Positions 10,713 through 23,765 of a DNA stretch of 64,000 bases are shown here, piece after piece. Location of the stretch: the NCBI RefSeq assembly GCF_902652985.1, contig NC_047016.1, positions 42,842,001-42,906,000 on the forward strand, given 5' to 3'. The position numbers were made by a program, and so were the translations under genes. How positions within the stretch are numbered: position 1 is the first letter of the stretch; each line of letters starts with the position of its first letter. This DNA is from Pecten maximus (taxonomy: Eukaryota). A model generated the notes under the pieces. The model saw only the letters and a program-made list of their open reading frames with translations, searched no databases and was not told the DNA's origin.

Positions 10713-11968
10713 CGAGGGCTGATTGATATGTTGTGAGCCTCATATATATTGTATTAATTTTCAACATAAACACTTTTGCCAGTGGTGTTTAAGGGACTCA
10801 ATGCCCCCCCGCCCCCCCCCCCCCCCTTTTTTATATATATATATATATATATAGAACTCCTTTTCTTTGGCTGTTCAGAAAGTCATCCACGGCATGTATG
10901 TTGTCGTCATCTGACTGAAAGTGGATGCCTGAAATAGCTGTTTTCAGTTTTGGAAATAGACGAAAGAGGCGGATGTTCAATCAATTTAAAGCCACAATCG
11001 TGAAAGGCAGCCGTGGAAATAACAGACTTATAAACAGGAGCATTGTCCTAATGGAATAACACACCTTTAATGAGCTTTTCGCGGTGCTTAAGTTTGATAT
11101 TTTCCCGTAACTGCCTCAGAAGTGAAGCATAGTATGTGCCATTGATTGTTTGTCCCTTCTGGAGATAATCTATCAGCAGAATACCATCTGCATCCCAGGA
11201 AACCGAGGCCATAACCTTCCCAGCTGATGGAACAGTCTTTGTCTTCTTTGGCGGGGGAGAGCCAGGGTGCTTCCATTGTTTAGATTGTTGGTTGGCCTCT
11301 TGGGTAAAATGTTGGACCAATGTTTCATCCATAGTGACAAATCTCTGAAGAAAGTTGGCAGGATTTTCCTCAAAATGGCTCAGATTAGCACGTGATTATG
11401 TGCGCCTGGTTTGCTTCTGATCAACTGTCAGAAGTCTTGGTACCCAATCGGGCCGAAAGCTTTCTCATTGCAAGATCCTTGGTCAGAATAGAATGTACAC
11501 TTTCCTGTGAAATGCCAACTCTACTGGTTATATAAATATATCTTTCTGTGACTCGTCTGTCAGTCATAGCAATATCATCAACTTTATTGACCATTTTTGG
11601 GGTTGCAACATTAACAGGCCTTCCAGGACGGGGGGTCATCCTCAAGGCTCTGTCGTCCGCGCCTAAATTCCGTCACCCACCTTTTCACTGTAGCATATAA
11701 AGGGGCATCTTTCCCTAGTGTTGCTACCATATCATTATGGATATCCTAAGGTGTTAAACCTTTTTTATGCAAATATTAGATCACTGCTCTTTCACCGATT
11801 TTGTTCATTTTGCAAAAGCTGCTTGTCTTGTTTACTTCAGAGTGCTAACCAAATGAGACCAGTTTTTCAGTACACGGCCCTATATAGTCAGAGAATAGTA
11901 GGACTTAAAAAGGGCATCCTTGAGTACCTCCTTCAATACGAGTCTCACAACATATCAATCATCCCTCG
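10713..11968 (-). mobile_element. Mariner transposon (irritans-like), both TIRs present, transposase pseudogenised
   Basis: TA|cgagggctgattgatatgttgtgag ... ctcacaacatatcaatcatccctcg|TA. Frameshifted transposase fragments PRPGRP, MRKLSAR, MDETLVQHF, SAGKVMASVSWDADGILLIDYLQKGQTINGTYY, FH*DNAP. The YSPDL region appears deleted. Confidence 0.92.
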
Positions 11969-12310
11969 TATTTTCAACTTTTCTATCATATTCTATCTAA
12001 CATTATGGTTTGATTTAGGGTCGTTTAAAACTCTTGATAACGAAAACAATCAATAAAGACAAAGAATAATCAACCATTGTATTGTATTACAGATTGTATA
12101 AAAATAACGACCCATCATTATAAAGGTTGTACCAGAAAACTCATCATCACTTGAAGGAGAACTAAAAACTTGAACAAATGTTATATAGCAGAGGGATGTG
12201 GGTTGCATTAGCCATAGAATTTGTGCATATCTTATGTGTCTTTTGACAACCTTTTATATAACCGATAATATTTAAAATGAAGTTTTTATTACGTTCTCCT
12301 CTACCTACAG

Positions 12311-12431
12311 CCGTTGTTGCGGAGCCACCAGTAATTGGGAGTGATCTGTGTCATTCTGTGGAGTCGAAGGATTGCTCTCAGTTTGAGGACGAAGTGGTGT
12401 GTGGGTCCGACTATAAGACTTATATGAACAG
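12311..12431 (+). CDS. Kazal-type protein, coding exon 2
   Basis: ctacag| acceptor and AG|gtaat donor; encodes (A)VVAEPPVIGSDLCHSVESKDCSQFEDEVVCGSDYKTYMN(S) with the Kazal hallmark VCGSD-x-x-TY-x-N. Confidence 0.9.
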
Positions 12432-13685
12432 GTAATAATGTCATCCATATCTTCGTGTTGATATTTAATACGTAGGTGACTGATTTTGTGTTGAATATTT
12501 ACCCGTCTGGATTCACTGATGTTAGAGTGTATTTATATCCTAGTTATCTTGTACTAATCACATATATAATCCAACTTAATTATTTTCATACATATTAATT
12601 GTGATATTTGCAATTATCATTTGATTGTGGTTTGATTGTGCCAGTTGTGATATTCAAAACGATTTCTATATGAAGTAAGATAACATTGCTTCATATGTTA
12701 TTTGTAAATTAATTCTAATCTTATTTTAAAAATCAATCCTTTGTTAGAAGTTTACAAAGAAATGTTTAAATCAAACATTAAAATCAGCATAATATGTCTC
12801 GTCATTTACATGTTAACGTAATATATGACCACTTAATGAGCTCTTTTAACTAATTAACAATCTTCTATATTTACTATCAATACTAATTATTAATGATGCT
12901 AATTCTAGTTTCTTTTTCGAAAGCGGAAGCATGATTCTAATTAAAATAACGCAGTGATATCACATTTTAGAATGGCCACCAGATTCTAAGTTTTTTGTTT
13001 GTTTAAGAATTGCCAAGCTAAATTCTAGTACTAGATTATCTCACCCTAGTTTAAAACTCTAGAATCAGACATATCCTGGGGACCAAAATCATAAATTTAA
13101 TATTCTAGAAACAGAGGGCCAGTCTAATCAAATTTGTACAGATGATGTTTGTAACATACTTGGGTATTGGTTATATTGCATATTTCCAGCAATTTATATT
13201 TTCAACTTCATGCAATCATTTTTTATGAATGTTCAAAGTGAAAATAAGATATTTTATGATTTCAGTTTAGGCCATGAACTTGATAGTTTATATTCCGTTC
13301 TGTGTTTTATGCCTTGTGTCAGCCCTTTGTAAGGTTTTTATCACATATGAGAAACAACCAATGAAACGACATCGTCTGTAATATATTCCATAAACCATTT
13401 CTCAATCACAATCCATGGAAGTTGTATTTATATAAGTATCAACATGGCACTTGGGCGGATATTAATGATGATACATACACTAAAATGTGATTCAATCAGG
13501 ATTTGACCACAACTTGTAAATTTAGGGGTGCTTATTCTAACACCTAAAATACGTTTGCAAAATTAAATAGCAAAAGTGATTTGGCGTTCTCACATTGCAG
13601 ATGTGATGTTTAAGGCAACATGATATACCTATAATATATTAAGACGCTCTTTCTACCTATTAAAACACCTTTTCATTCTTTACAG

Positions 13686-13761
13686 CTGTGAATTTGCCAA
13701 GGGCATCTGTCACCACAGCGGACATAGCTTACACGCCGTACACTACGGACCATGTCAGTAA
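13686..13761 (+). CDS. Kazal-type protein, coding exon 3 (total 78 aa)
   Basis: ttctttacag| acceptor in phase 2; encodes CEFAKGICHHSGHSLHAVHYGPCQ-stop, completing the six Cys. AATAAA at 13769 and 13835. Confidence 0.9.
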
Positions 13762-14619
13762 CTGCGTAAATAAACCACGTTGCATATTCTTCATGCCTTC
13801 TTTATGGTTTCATTGAAATAGAAAGCAGTGCAGTAATAAACGGTGTGTATATAACAAATCATGTCTTTTGCGAAGTTATTTCACCAACTATTTTTCCCGT
13901 ACGTTTCATACCACCATTATAACACCTGTTAGAAGTTTTATAAAACAAATAATTATAGTTACATTAGAACCGACATTACGACGCTTACACAAAAGTAAAG
14001 ATTAAAAAGGATGAAAAATATTTTCATTTATTAGCAAACAAGTAGTCATTCCTCGTTAATGTGGAGGTACGAACTAGAACAGGAAGCCAATAGCTAGCTA
14101 GGACTCATTCATCATTTGTAACATACATGCCACTTGTGTAAGACCGTATTGTGAAATATCAACTTCGTGGAAACATGTATGTCTATCAATTATGGACATT
14201 TGGTGAGGTCCATATAGTGTTATGCCAACCCCATAGACTCAAATATTCGCCCGAGGTTAATATGTTATATTCTGCAAGGTCGTTATAACACCATCCGAAA
14301 GTCTTTGATTTTAATCTCGGATATGAAAGGATGACATTATGCTATATTATTTTATAACAGGAAACTTGCAGTCAGACATTGTGACTTCCACAACGACTAA
14401 GCGCAATATTAACTCGGCGTTTCTAAAAATTAAAAATTCTTCTGAAAACTGTCTCCCGCACTGAAGTTAAAACGGATTTTATCTTCAATGCGGAGATATG
14501 ACTATTTACATCTTCAGTGCGGGAACATGAATATTTATAAAAAAAAAAGGAGAAGAAAAGAATATTGTTAAATGCCCAAATTCACAATATCTAGTCAAAT
14601 ATTTACACAGTATAAGATA

Positions 14620-15765
14620 GCGTTATCTAGTATCATTAATATCCATACCTCATGAAAGAGTATTTTACCATATAAACCATATGCAATAGCCATTAAGTGT
14701 AATACTTATCCATACCTCATTAAAAAGAGTCTCACAGTATACAATAGTATCATACACTGTCATTATCATCCATACCTCATTAAAAAGAGTCTCACAGTAT
14801 ATTATAGTATCATACACTGTCATTATCATCCATACCTCATTAAAAGCTTTCTCATAGTATACAAAAGTATCATACACTGTCATTATCATCCATACCTCAT
14901 TAAAAGGTTTTTCATAGTATACAATAGTATCATACACTGTCATTATCATCCATACCTCATTAAAAGGTTTCTCATAGTATACAATAGTATCATACACTGT
15001 CATTATCATCCATACCTCATTAAAAGGTTTCTCATAGTATACAAAAGTATCATACACTGTCATTATCATCCATACCTCATTAAAAGGTTTCTCATAGTAT
15101 ACAATAGTATCATACACTGTCATTATCATCCATACCTCATTAAAAGGTTTCTCATAGTATACAAAAGTATCATACACTGTCATTATCATCCATACCTCAT
15201 TAAAAGGTTTCTCATAGTATACAAAAGTATCATAAAATGTCATAATTATCCATACCTCATTAAAAGTGTCATAGTACACAGTATTATCATAAAGTGCCAT
15301 AATTATCCATACCCCATTAAAACGTGTCACAGTATACAAAAGTATCATAAAATGACATAATTATCAATACCTCATTAAAAAGTTTCACACCGTCTACAAT
15401 AGTATCATTAAGTTTCATACATATCCATACCTCATTAAAACGTGTCGCACAGTATACAAAAGTATCATAAAATGTCATAATTATCCATACCTCATTAAAA
15501 AGTTTCATACCTTCTAAATAGTATCATTAAGTGTCATACTTATGCATACCTCATTTAAAAGGTGCACATGGTATGAAATAGTACGATTAAGTGTCATAAT
15601 TATCCATACCTCATTAAAAGTGTCACACAGTATAAAATCATATCATTCTGTGTCATACTTATCCATACCTCTTTAAGAACTGTCATAGTACACAGTATTA
15701 TCATAAAGTGTCATAATTATCCATACCTCATTAAAACGTCTAACACAATATACAATATTATCATT
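14620..15765. repeat. 60-bp minisatellite
   Basis: catacctcattaaaaggtttctcatagtatacaatagtatcatacactgtcattatcatc; near-perfect from 14701 to 15240, degenerate on the flanks. Confidence 0.95.
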
Positions 15766-16264
15766 AAGTCTGATTCAATGCTATACCTTATCAATGTTAG
15801 CAGCATCAAATCTGTCTATTGATGACATATTGTTACATACATGTAAACACGTTGTTTCAATATATACCGCAGTACATAAACTTCCATTTGCATGTGTTAG
15901 CTTTAAGTATTTTACCGGAACATATAAATGTCATATCGTATAATACAAGAACATACAATATCATAAAATATCAATTCCCGGATCTTTTGTAAATGTTTAC
16001 CTGGTCGCTGATTATAATAATTTTTTTTTTACAAAAGCTGTGTTTTCTATTAAAGAATCACAGGTGCGGCAACTAAAACGATTGCATATTATATTGATGT
16101 GTTTAATACATATGCTAGGCAGAATTTTACAAATTTACCTTATACCCCGCTACACAGCCATATTTGGCAATGTTTAATAGCTTTAACTGAATGCATGCAT
16201 TGATTTCTGCCGCAAATTGTACTGTCCGCCCTATACACCAGGTGTGTCGTCTGCTACCTGAAGC

Positions 16265-16301
16265 TGACGTCACGAAAATCTGGTCGTGTGAGTTTTATAA
16301 A
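16265..16301 (+). promoter_or_regulatory. Candidate distal promoter of the EF-hand gene (CRE + TATA)
   Basis: TGACGTCA at 16265-16272 and TATAAA at 16296-16301, upstream of an ATG-containing exon with a gtaagt donor. Confidence 0.5.
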
Positions 16302-16474
16302 CAGTGGTTGACGATGCTCAGCGTGATTCCCAAGTTGACGTGTACCGAGTGCGGAATCTATTTCGCTTGTCATCCACAGAAATACCTGAACAAAATATTT
16401 CAGTAAACGGGACAGTGTGAGTTGGCGAATCCAGGATTATCGTAATTTTTCTTAGTGACAGGTGTAAAGATCTA

Positions 16475-16494
16475 ATGGCGGGACGAAAACTACC
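16475..16494 (+). CDS. EF-hand protein, candidate alternative first coding exon 1a (MAGRKLP)
   Basis: ctaATGG CGG GAC GAA AAC TAC C|gtaagt reads ATG GCG GGA CGA AAA CTA CC. The phase-2 donor is compatible with the phase-2 acceptor at 36696. Confidence 0.55.
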
Positions 16495-18419
16495 GTAAGT
16501 GTTTCAACTATACTATATACACACATTATGTATGTTTGGACATGACTAAGTTTTAATCTCATTTATGTAAGGGTCATCACATTCACATAGCTTCAGGTCT
16601 TAACAGTTACACACCGTGTCGAATACTGACAATTACTACGTCCACAGACCTATTTCATTTTCTGAAGGTATTGTTGTACGTTCGTGTGAACTGATGAAAT
16701 TCACCTTAATATAAGGTAAATTTGAAATGTTAATCGCAAGTGAATTATTCAAAATATTGAAAATCGTATATTATTAACTATAAAACATAGCAAAGTTAAA
16801 ATCTTTACCGAACCCGATTATAGATTAAAGACCAGTGTCAACATATCCATCAAATATAAATGAAAAATATTTGTTTACAATAAAAAAGATTAAAAAATTA
16901 CAAATATGGATATTTAGTGAACCATGGTGTAATTCCCTTCTCAATAATTCTTTAAACTAACTTTAAATATTCTGTCATCACAGAGACTTGAACAACTTCA
17001 TGTTTGCGCCAGAGTATATACACAGTATATAAAACACATGACCATACACACGTTTTCCACTCTTGTGGTCATCGACCGTTTACAGGTAGGGTGGAAACTA
17101 TTGTTCCCTGTCCCTAAATATGTGAATAGCTGATACCGAACACAAGTTACTTTTGTACTGGCGAAAGAAACACATACCACAGGATCATGATGATATTAAT
17201 AATGGTCACTGAATTTTGTTTTTAATTTCTACATGATAAATCCCCCGAAGAAAGGACAGGTGTTTGCTTGTGGTTAGTATTAACAGAAAAAAATGTTAGC
17301 CCTACGCCTACTCTATCATATATTCATATAGTATGAGTAAGGTCTATTTTTTTTATTAATACTAACCAGAAGCAGACACTTGTGGGGAACGCATAGTGAT
17401 ATAACACTGTATCTATTTGTCACCATGAGTTATAATGGGTGTTGGGTATGAACTATGAGTGATTTGTAATTATTTTGTCTCAGACAGGAATTAGTTTATC
17501 TACACCAAATATTTATCTAGATCCGCGGCTGATTTCTGTTTTTAAACACATAATTATATGGTTTCCAGGAAGGTAAGAACAAAATCTACACACTGTGATT
17601 CACATATCAAAATCAACATATTTCTGTACAGGGCAAGTTATATCTAAAGATAAAATAGCAACACCATATATAATCTGGCATACTATTGTATTGGCACTAT
17701 TGACTATAGAAGGAATAGGGGACCGGTAGGACACGGTTCACTATGACTGGTCATATGCAAAACATGTACTCGTAGAGGGTCATAGCTCTGATTTACTCAC
17801 GCGTATCATCCGTTCGTATGTCTCGAGTTGTAATAATCACTGGTATGTCATAGGAATTCGGAACACGCAGAAAAATGAGATACAATTTCTCGAGTTACTC
17901 GACATGAGGCTCCAACAAATTTGTCTTACCTCTTCTTCAGAAGACAAGCCAGATCCAAGTAGAGCTAGATAGGAATTAAACTGCTTTATGTGTCGTCGTT
18001 CCACGACTCGAAAGTTGTGGGGAATAAAGATTTGGTTCCTAGGAAGCGACTGAAATAGGTAAAATGAAATGTCAAAATCTACATAAAGAGATTCAATACC
18101 CCAGAATTCCGTGAATTTTTGAAATGTTCAATGTTGGATTTCAAAGAAACGTCGAGTACATTGTGCCGGTTATATTCAGAACCGTGCCACTATTCAAATG
18201 AATCAAAACACGAGAAACAGCCGATTACCAGCAGTGTCTACAATATACGGGACACACACGATATATTTCAAAGCAGGTCAAGGTCATGTCCTTTAGGCTT
18301 AATCAGTTTTGCTATCGTAACAAGCTGCAGGAAAGCTTAGCTAATTTTTGTTTCTTTTGTATAAATGTTCATAATATGCCTGACAAACCAACTTACAATT
18401 TTCCTCAGGATCAACAACT

Positions 18420-18690
18420 AATGTTATTTAAGGCTGGTCTCTTCTGTGTGCTAGCTGCAAGGTCGTGGTGAATGTGTGTGTTTTGGAGGTTACGGTATGT
18501 TCAACTTTAAAGTGCTTAAGCATACTGCCAGAAATACAAAGCAGGACGCCTCATCCACTTATATCAAACAGACAACGGGCAAGCCAGTCGTCCCGCCGAC
18601 AAAATGTTGAGCGTTTGACAGGAGTATCAGGAATCATTTTTATGCTGTAAGGGAACAGATCCCAAAGCCTTCGTAACGGAGGCGATCACT
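18420..18690 (-). mobile_element. SINE fragment (Meta-domain-like family), decayed
   Basis: gcaggacgcctcatccac...gacaacgggcaagccagtcgtccc...aaaatgttgagcg is homologous to 34180-34480. Confidence 0.5.
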
Positions 18691-19784
18691 CACCTAAAAA
18701 CCAAAAGTGAGGCAGTGTAAAGAGAGGAATTAAGGCATTTGTTGCTAAGAAAGAGCAGAAATGATGAGATCTCAAATTTAGTCGCCATTTACAGTCATAA
18801 AATGGGGACAGAAAGTATAATTCTTATGCCTTACTAAAGAATTTTGTCATGGCGATAAAAGAGTATGTAAAACAATGCTAACAAAAATAAAAAATCTTAC
18901 AGAGCATTACCAGTTTAAAGACAACATAAATGTCAAAATGGCGATCTTGATTACTTCATCCTTTATGTTCAACATTAAAGGCCTGTTTTTTCTTTGTGTG
19001 GAATGTTACTTGTTTTGAGAACAAACTAAATAGTATCGTTTGGTTTAGAAAGGTTCTTGAAATAGCCGCCACTTGATGTAAAAAAAAAAGTTTCATTAGA
19101 TAGAAGAGTTTCATTTGGGGTTTCCTTCAACAGGTACCGAAATAGCTTTCGTTGTTTTGATTGATTACTTAATGTGGAATTAAGTAAATCAATTCTATAC
19201 ACACAAGTACAATAAAACGCCGAAACCTTTCTCACACTTGTAAACATTGTTTCCGTTGACCGTATTTAGTTATTCGTAGAAGCTGGTAAGTTTCATTAGT
19301 GGAAAAACCAGTGTCCTCTTTGTTGCCTGCTACGATCACGAATGCATTGACAAAGTGAAAGTTGATGTAGTTAGGTTAACTTATCGTTTTCGTAACAGTC
19401 ATTCACAGCTGATATTGCTTGATGATGTATCACCTCAATTAAAGCATAACAAAACGAATAAAAATGCTGAAAGCCGCAATATGCATTCTTCGTGTCAGGC
19501 AGTGCAGACACAACGGGGAAACATATAAACTTCGAGACGTCATCGGAAAGTAAAATTGAAACAATGTACAACAACAATGCTTATTATATATAAGTACATT
19601 AAGCAAAGCTATCGGGTACAACATTGTACTCCTGCTCTTTACTCACATGATTTAAATGTACGTGTTCAATCTTATGTCTGTGCATGGAATGTTGTATTCA
19701 AGCGTGCCAAACTGTGCGTGACGTACTGATTGTATTAAAAAATATACTTCAGTAGACTTTGTTTGAAATCAGCATGGATTCTGT

Positions 19785-20533
19785 ATCATCAGTACCATTG
19801 AGTTTGGTATATCTTTTGTACCATTGAGTTTGGTATATCACCAGTACGATTGAGTATGGTATATCACCAGTACCATTGAGTTTGGTATATCACCAGTACC
19901 ATTGAGTTTAGTATATCCTCAGTACCACTGATTTTAGTGTATTCTCAGTACCATTAAGTTTGGTATATCATCAGGACCAATGAGTTTAGTATATCATCAG
20001 GACCATTGAGTTTGGTATATCCTCAGTACCATTGAGTTTGGTATATCCTCAGTACCATTGAGTATGGTATATCCTCAGTACAATTGAGTTTGGTATATCA
20101 CCAGTACCATTGAGTTTGGTATACCCTCAGTACCATTGAGTATGGTATATCCTCAGTACAATTGAGTATGGTATATCACCAGTACCATTGAGTTTGGTAT
20201 ATCACCAGTACCATTGAGCTTGGTATATCACCAGTACGATTGAGTATGGTATATCACCAGTACCATTGAGTTTGGTATATCACCAGTACCATTGAGTATG
20301 GTATATCACCAGTACCATTGAGTTTGGTATATCACCAGTACCATTGAGTTTGGTATATCACCAGTACCATTGAGTTTGATATATCCTCAGTACCATTGAG
20401 TTTGGAATATCATCAGTACCATTGAGTTTAGTATATTCTCAGGGCCATTAAGTTTCGTATAGCCTCAGTCCCATGGAGTTTGGCATAGCCTCAGTCCCAT
20501 TGAGCTTGGTATATCATCAGAACCATTGAGTTT
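19785..20533. repeat. 26-bp minisatellite (cagtaccattgagtttggtatatcac)n
   Basis: About 28 tandem copies visible. Confidence 0.95.
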
Positions 20534-23313
20534 GTTTGGTTTTGAGTCTAGTTAATGACGTTGTACGTCACCAATTCTCCTTTTTGATATGTAACTGTCT
20601 CCTCAGGAAGTACCTTTTATCTTCTTTATTATGGGTTGCAGTTCCTACGAAGATTATTAACTCATATTTAGCAAAGTACAAGACAGCTGGGCGCTTATAG
20701 TTTAGGTAAAGCATTCAAAGGCATACATACTTTTTTCGATATAAAATCTAAATTTACATAAACATAAATTTTGTGTTTTGATATCTTCGCCCCGGGTGGT
20801 GAATAAATCAAATATAATGACCCTGGGAATGTCATCATCTGAAATATATAATGTTTGTAGGCAAACAATATACAGCAGATCATACATACTATACCTATCT
20901 GAACTATCTTCCACCAGTCAAACTTTTAGTAATATTACATTAAATTGAAGAGAATATCAAAATTTCGTCAGGAAATCTGATTCTATAAATAAAACTTGAT
21001 CGTCAGTGCTTGAAATTGACTTGCTCGACATGAAAATTAATGTAGATAAAATATAATCATAATTTGTATAATGAAACGACCGTCAAATATGAATGAAATC
21101 AAACAGAATTGTGATGGTATTTCAGACGATAAGCCGTAGTGTCAATAAAGTCAAAAGTATATGAAGAAGCATCTATCTTCATATCGCGCACGAAACCTTA
21201 CTTTATCAATGAGGTCGTGCCGGAATCATATTTAACATGGCATGGGTATTGACAATATATAGAGAGCGAGAGTAGATTGAATATGTTTTTTCCCCATGAA
21301 TGAACACGTTTTACTTCTTAAAATACTTAATTTGCTCACATGTTTGCACCCATTCGACGTGATGCCTTACGTGAGAGGTATAACCAGTGTGTCAATATGA
21401 CAATATGTATAACCAAAGATTTCTCTCTGTAACACATTCGTGTTTTCCTGACACGATTAAAGGGATAACTAACAGAACAAATCATGTTCAATTAACACAC
21501 ATTGTTTCTTAATGTATCCTTTGATAAAATACACGTTTCTTTCTATTTCTATGTTGGTTTAAAGCTAATTTAACAGTATTTATCATCTTCAGATTCTAAT
21601 CAGTACTTTCGTATTAATCTTGTGAAAATTCATGATCTCCGTGTTGTTAAAATAGATGGGGTGTAGGTATGTCACTACATGTAATAACTTTTTGTGTATG
21701 AGATTGTTATGTTTGGACGAAATTTCCGCACTTTCGGAGATAGCTGTCCTTCCAGTTAAACTCCAATTCAGGATAAGACTACATACAATTAACTGTCCGC
21801 AATACAATGGAATAAACGGCAGTTAGAGAGGGTAATGGTTCATTTCGTAGCAGGTGTGCTTGGAAGAGATTCATTCTAGACATTGTATCATAAAGGGGCC
21901 CTGCAGCGTTGTTCGAGAAATTTAAAACCCTCATTATAGTAAATGGTAGTCTTGGTCTGTATTCGTGTCAGTGGGTTGTGTTTGTAAACGGTTGGATGGA
22001 AAACGAGAGGGATAAAATCACTTATCTATCTACCAAAGCTGATAATTAACATGGTTCTACATCTACGGGTATAACGACAGTAAATTGATAATGTTTTTAA
22101 CTGATCAACAGGCAAAATATTCTGGCGGCTATGATAGTAATTATTAAATCAAAATGTCAAAAAGGTGTGTTTTTTCGCGGAAAATAGCCAATAATTATCT
22201 GTATAACTTTTATTTTCAATTCATTAACATTAACAAAAATGATAAAATAACCCTTTAGTGGACATGTGACTGCTATTTTCTATCAAAACTTTGTCTGATT
22301 AATCTTCGTTTGATGACTACTGGTGAATTTTATTTTATTGGCATGTTGTAAAATGTGTCTTTGCTAGATGTTTTACAAGGGATATTTAGATATAAACAAA
22401 CAAACAAAAACATCTTGATGATATATACATTTAACACCGAAATCACATTAAAAGATGCCTGTATAAGTTTAAGTTGTCCCATTGTAATTGATCATTGCTA
22501 TCGTTAATGAAAGGAAGCTTACATTCAGTCGTTCTGCACAGTGGTCTTTTAAAAATTACATTTCAAAATTACGTCATTATGTAGAGGAAATCTATTTATA
22601 GTTCAGAACTAAAATACCTTTACTGATGTGTATTGAATTTTAAACAATAAAGTAATTTTCCCTTCTGGAGCCTCAGCAAACTGTGGTATTTGATAAATCA
22701 TAATTACACACTTCCTGTTTTTGCCCATATTAGCCACATAGCATCTATGTGGTTATTTGTCCGTATGAATGGGTCGTCTCTGTTTTCTGCATGGCAAGCT
22801 TGTTTAAAGGTTTTTGATAGACATCCATTACATAATGATACTGTATCTATTTATCAAATTAATTTAATATATTGATAAACAATGATCGGAGTGATATCAG
22901 TTGCTTTTTGTGATGGATATTATTTTTGAAACAACAGTCAATATTATATTGTTGGATGAATCAATCCTGTATACTAATGGCTTCATAACCATATTAGGGT
23001 ATTGGGTTACTTTTTCACCAAAGCTATGCAAACCATTTGAAACCGCAATGTAGTAGAAGCGTGGAGTTAGGGAATAAAGTAATAATTTAAAGGAAAATTA
23101 TGAAGAAATTAGGTAATGTAAAGTAAGAAAAATATAAAATAATTTCAAATGCAAAATGAAACATAAACAAACTTTGTCACATCACTGACATTTTACTGCA
23201 TGATACATTTATATCATGTGGACCCATTACCTGTCATAGGCCTCTGTAATTAGCAAATATTCGTCTACGTAAAGTCACGTAAATAAGTAGGTGGTGACAT
23301 CATTCAATAAATG

Positions 23314-23350
23314 TATATAAACATTGTAACAAACAGAGACTAATTCAGTT
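23314..23350 (+). promoter_or_regulatory. Candidate second promoter of the EF-hand gene (TATA + Inr)
   Basis: TATATAAA at 23314-23321 and TCAGTT initiator at 23345-23350, at canonical ~30-bp spacing. CRE-like TGACATCA just upstream. Confidence 0.55.
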
Positions 23351-23408
23351 TTTGTTTTATAATCCATAAATTACATCAGTGAGAAAGACAAACATCAAAT
23401 CAGTCAAA

Positions 23409-23428
23409 ATGCCTTTTCCACCGTTAGG
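23409..23428 (+). CDS. EF-hand protein, candidate alternative first coding exon 1b (MPFPPLG)
   Basis: caaaATG CCT TTT CCA CCG TTA GG|gtaagt; the phase-2 donor is compatible with the acceptor at 36696. Confidence 0.6.
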
Positions 23429-23589
23429 GTAAGTATCTAAGATTCAAATTATGTTCTGCTAATGTTTTAAAGGTAGAATTAATTGTCTTGCATTTAAATC
23501 CATCAAACTTTATTTTAGGTAACGTTGTCACATAACATGACCATTTAACCTGAAATGTTTCTCTTTTAAAAAGTTGTACAACTAATCAT

Positions 23590-23765
23590 ACACGTTGCTA
23601 TTTTATATCCAGCGTCATCGTCTTGAAGGCTCGTCCTGAAGGTTACTGTGTATTTTATATTTAGTATCATCGTCCTGAAGGTTGCTGTGTATTTTATATT
23701 TAGTATCATCGTCCTGAAGGTTTCTGTAATCTTTTTATCTTGCATCCTCGTCTTGAAGGTCGTCG
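23590..23765. repeat. Short 39-bp tandem repeat
   Basis: atcatcgtcctgaaggtt(a/g)ctgtgtattttatatttagt, about 4 copies. Confidence 0.8.

Noticed and set aside
14665-15348. 227-aa repetitive ORF on the minus strand
   Set aside because: Translation of the 60-bp minisatellite; no independent coding evidence.
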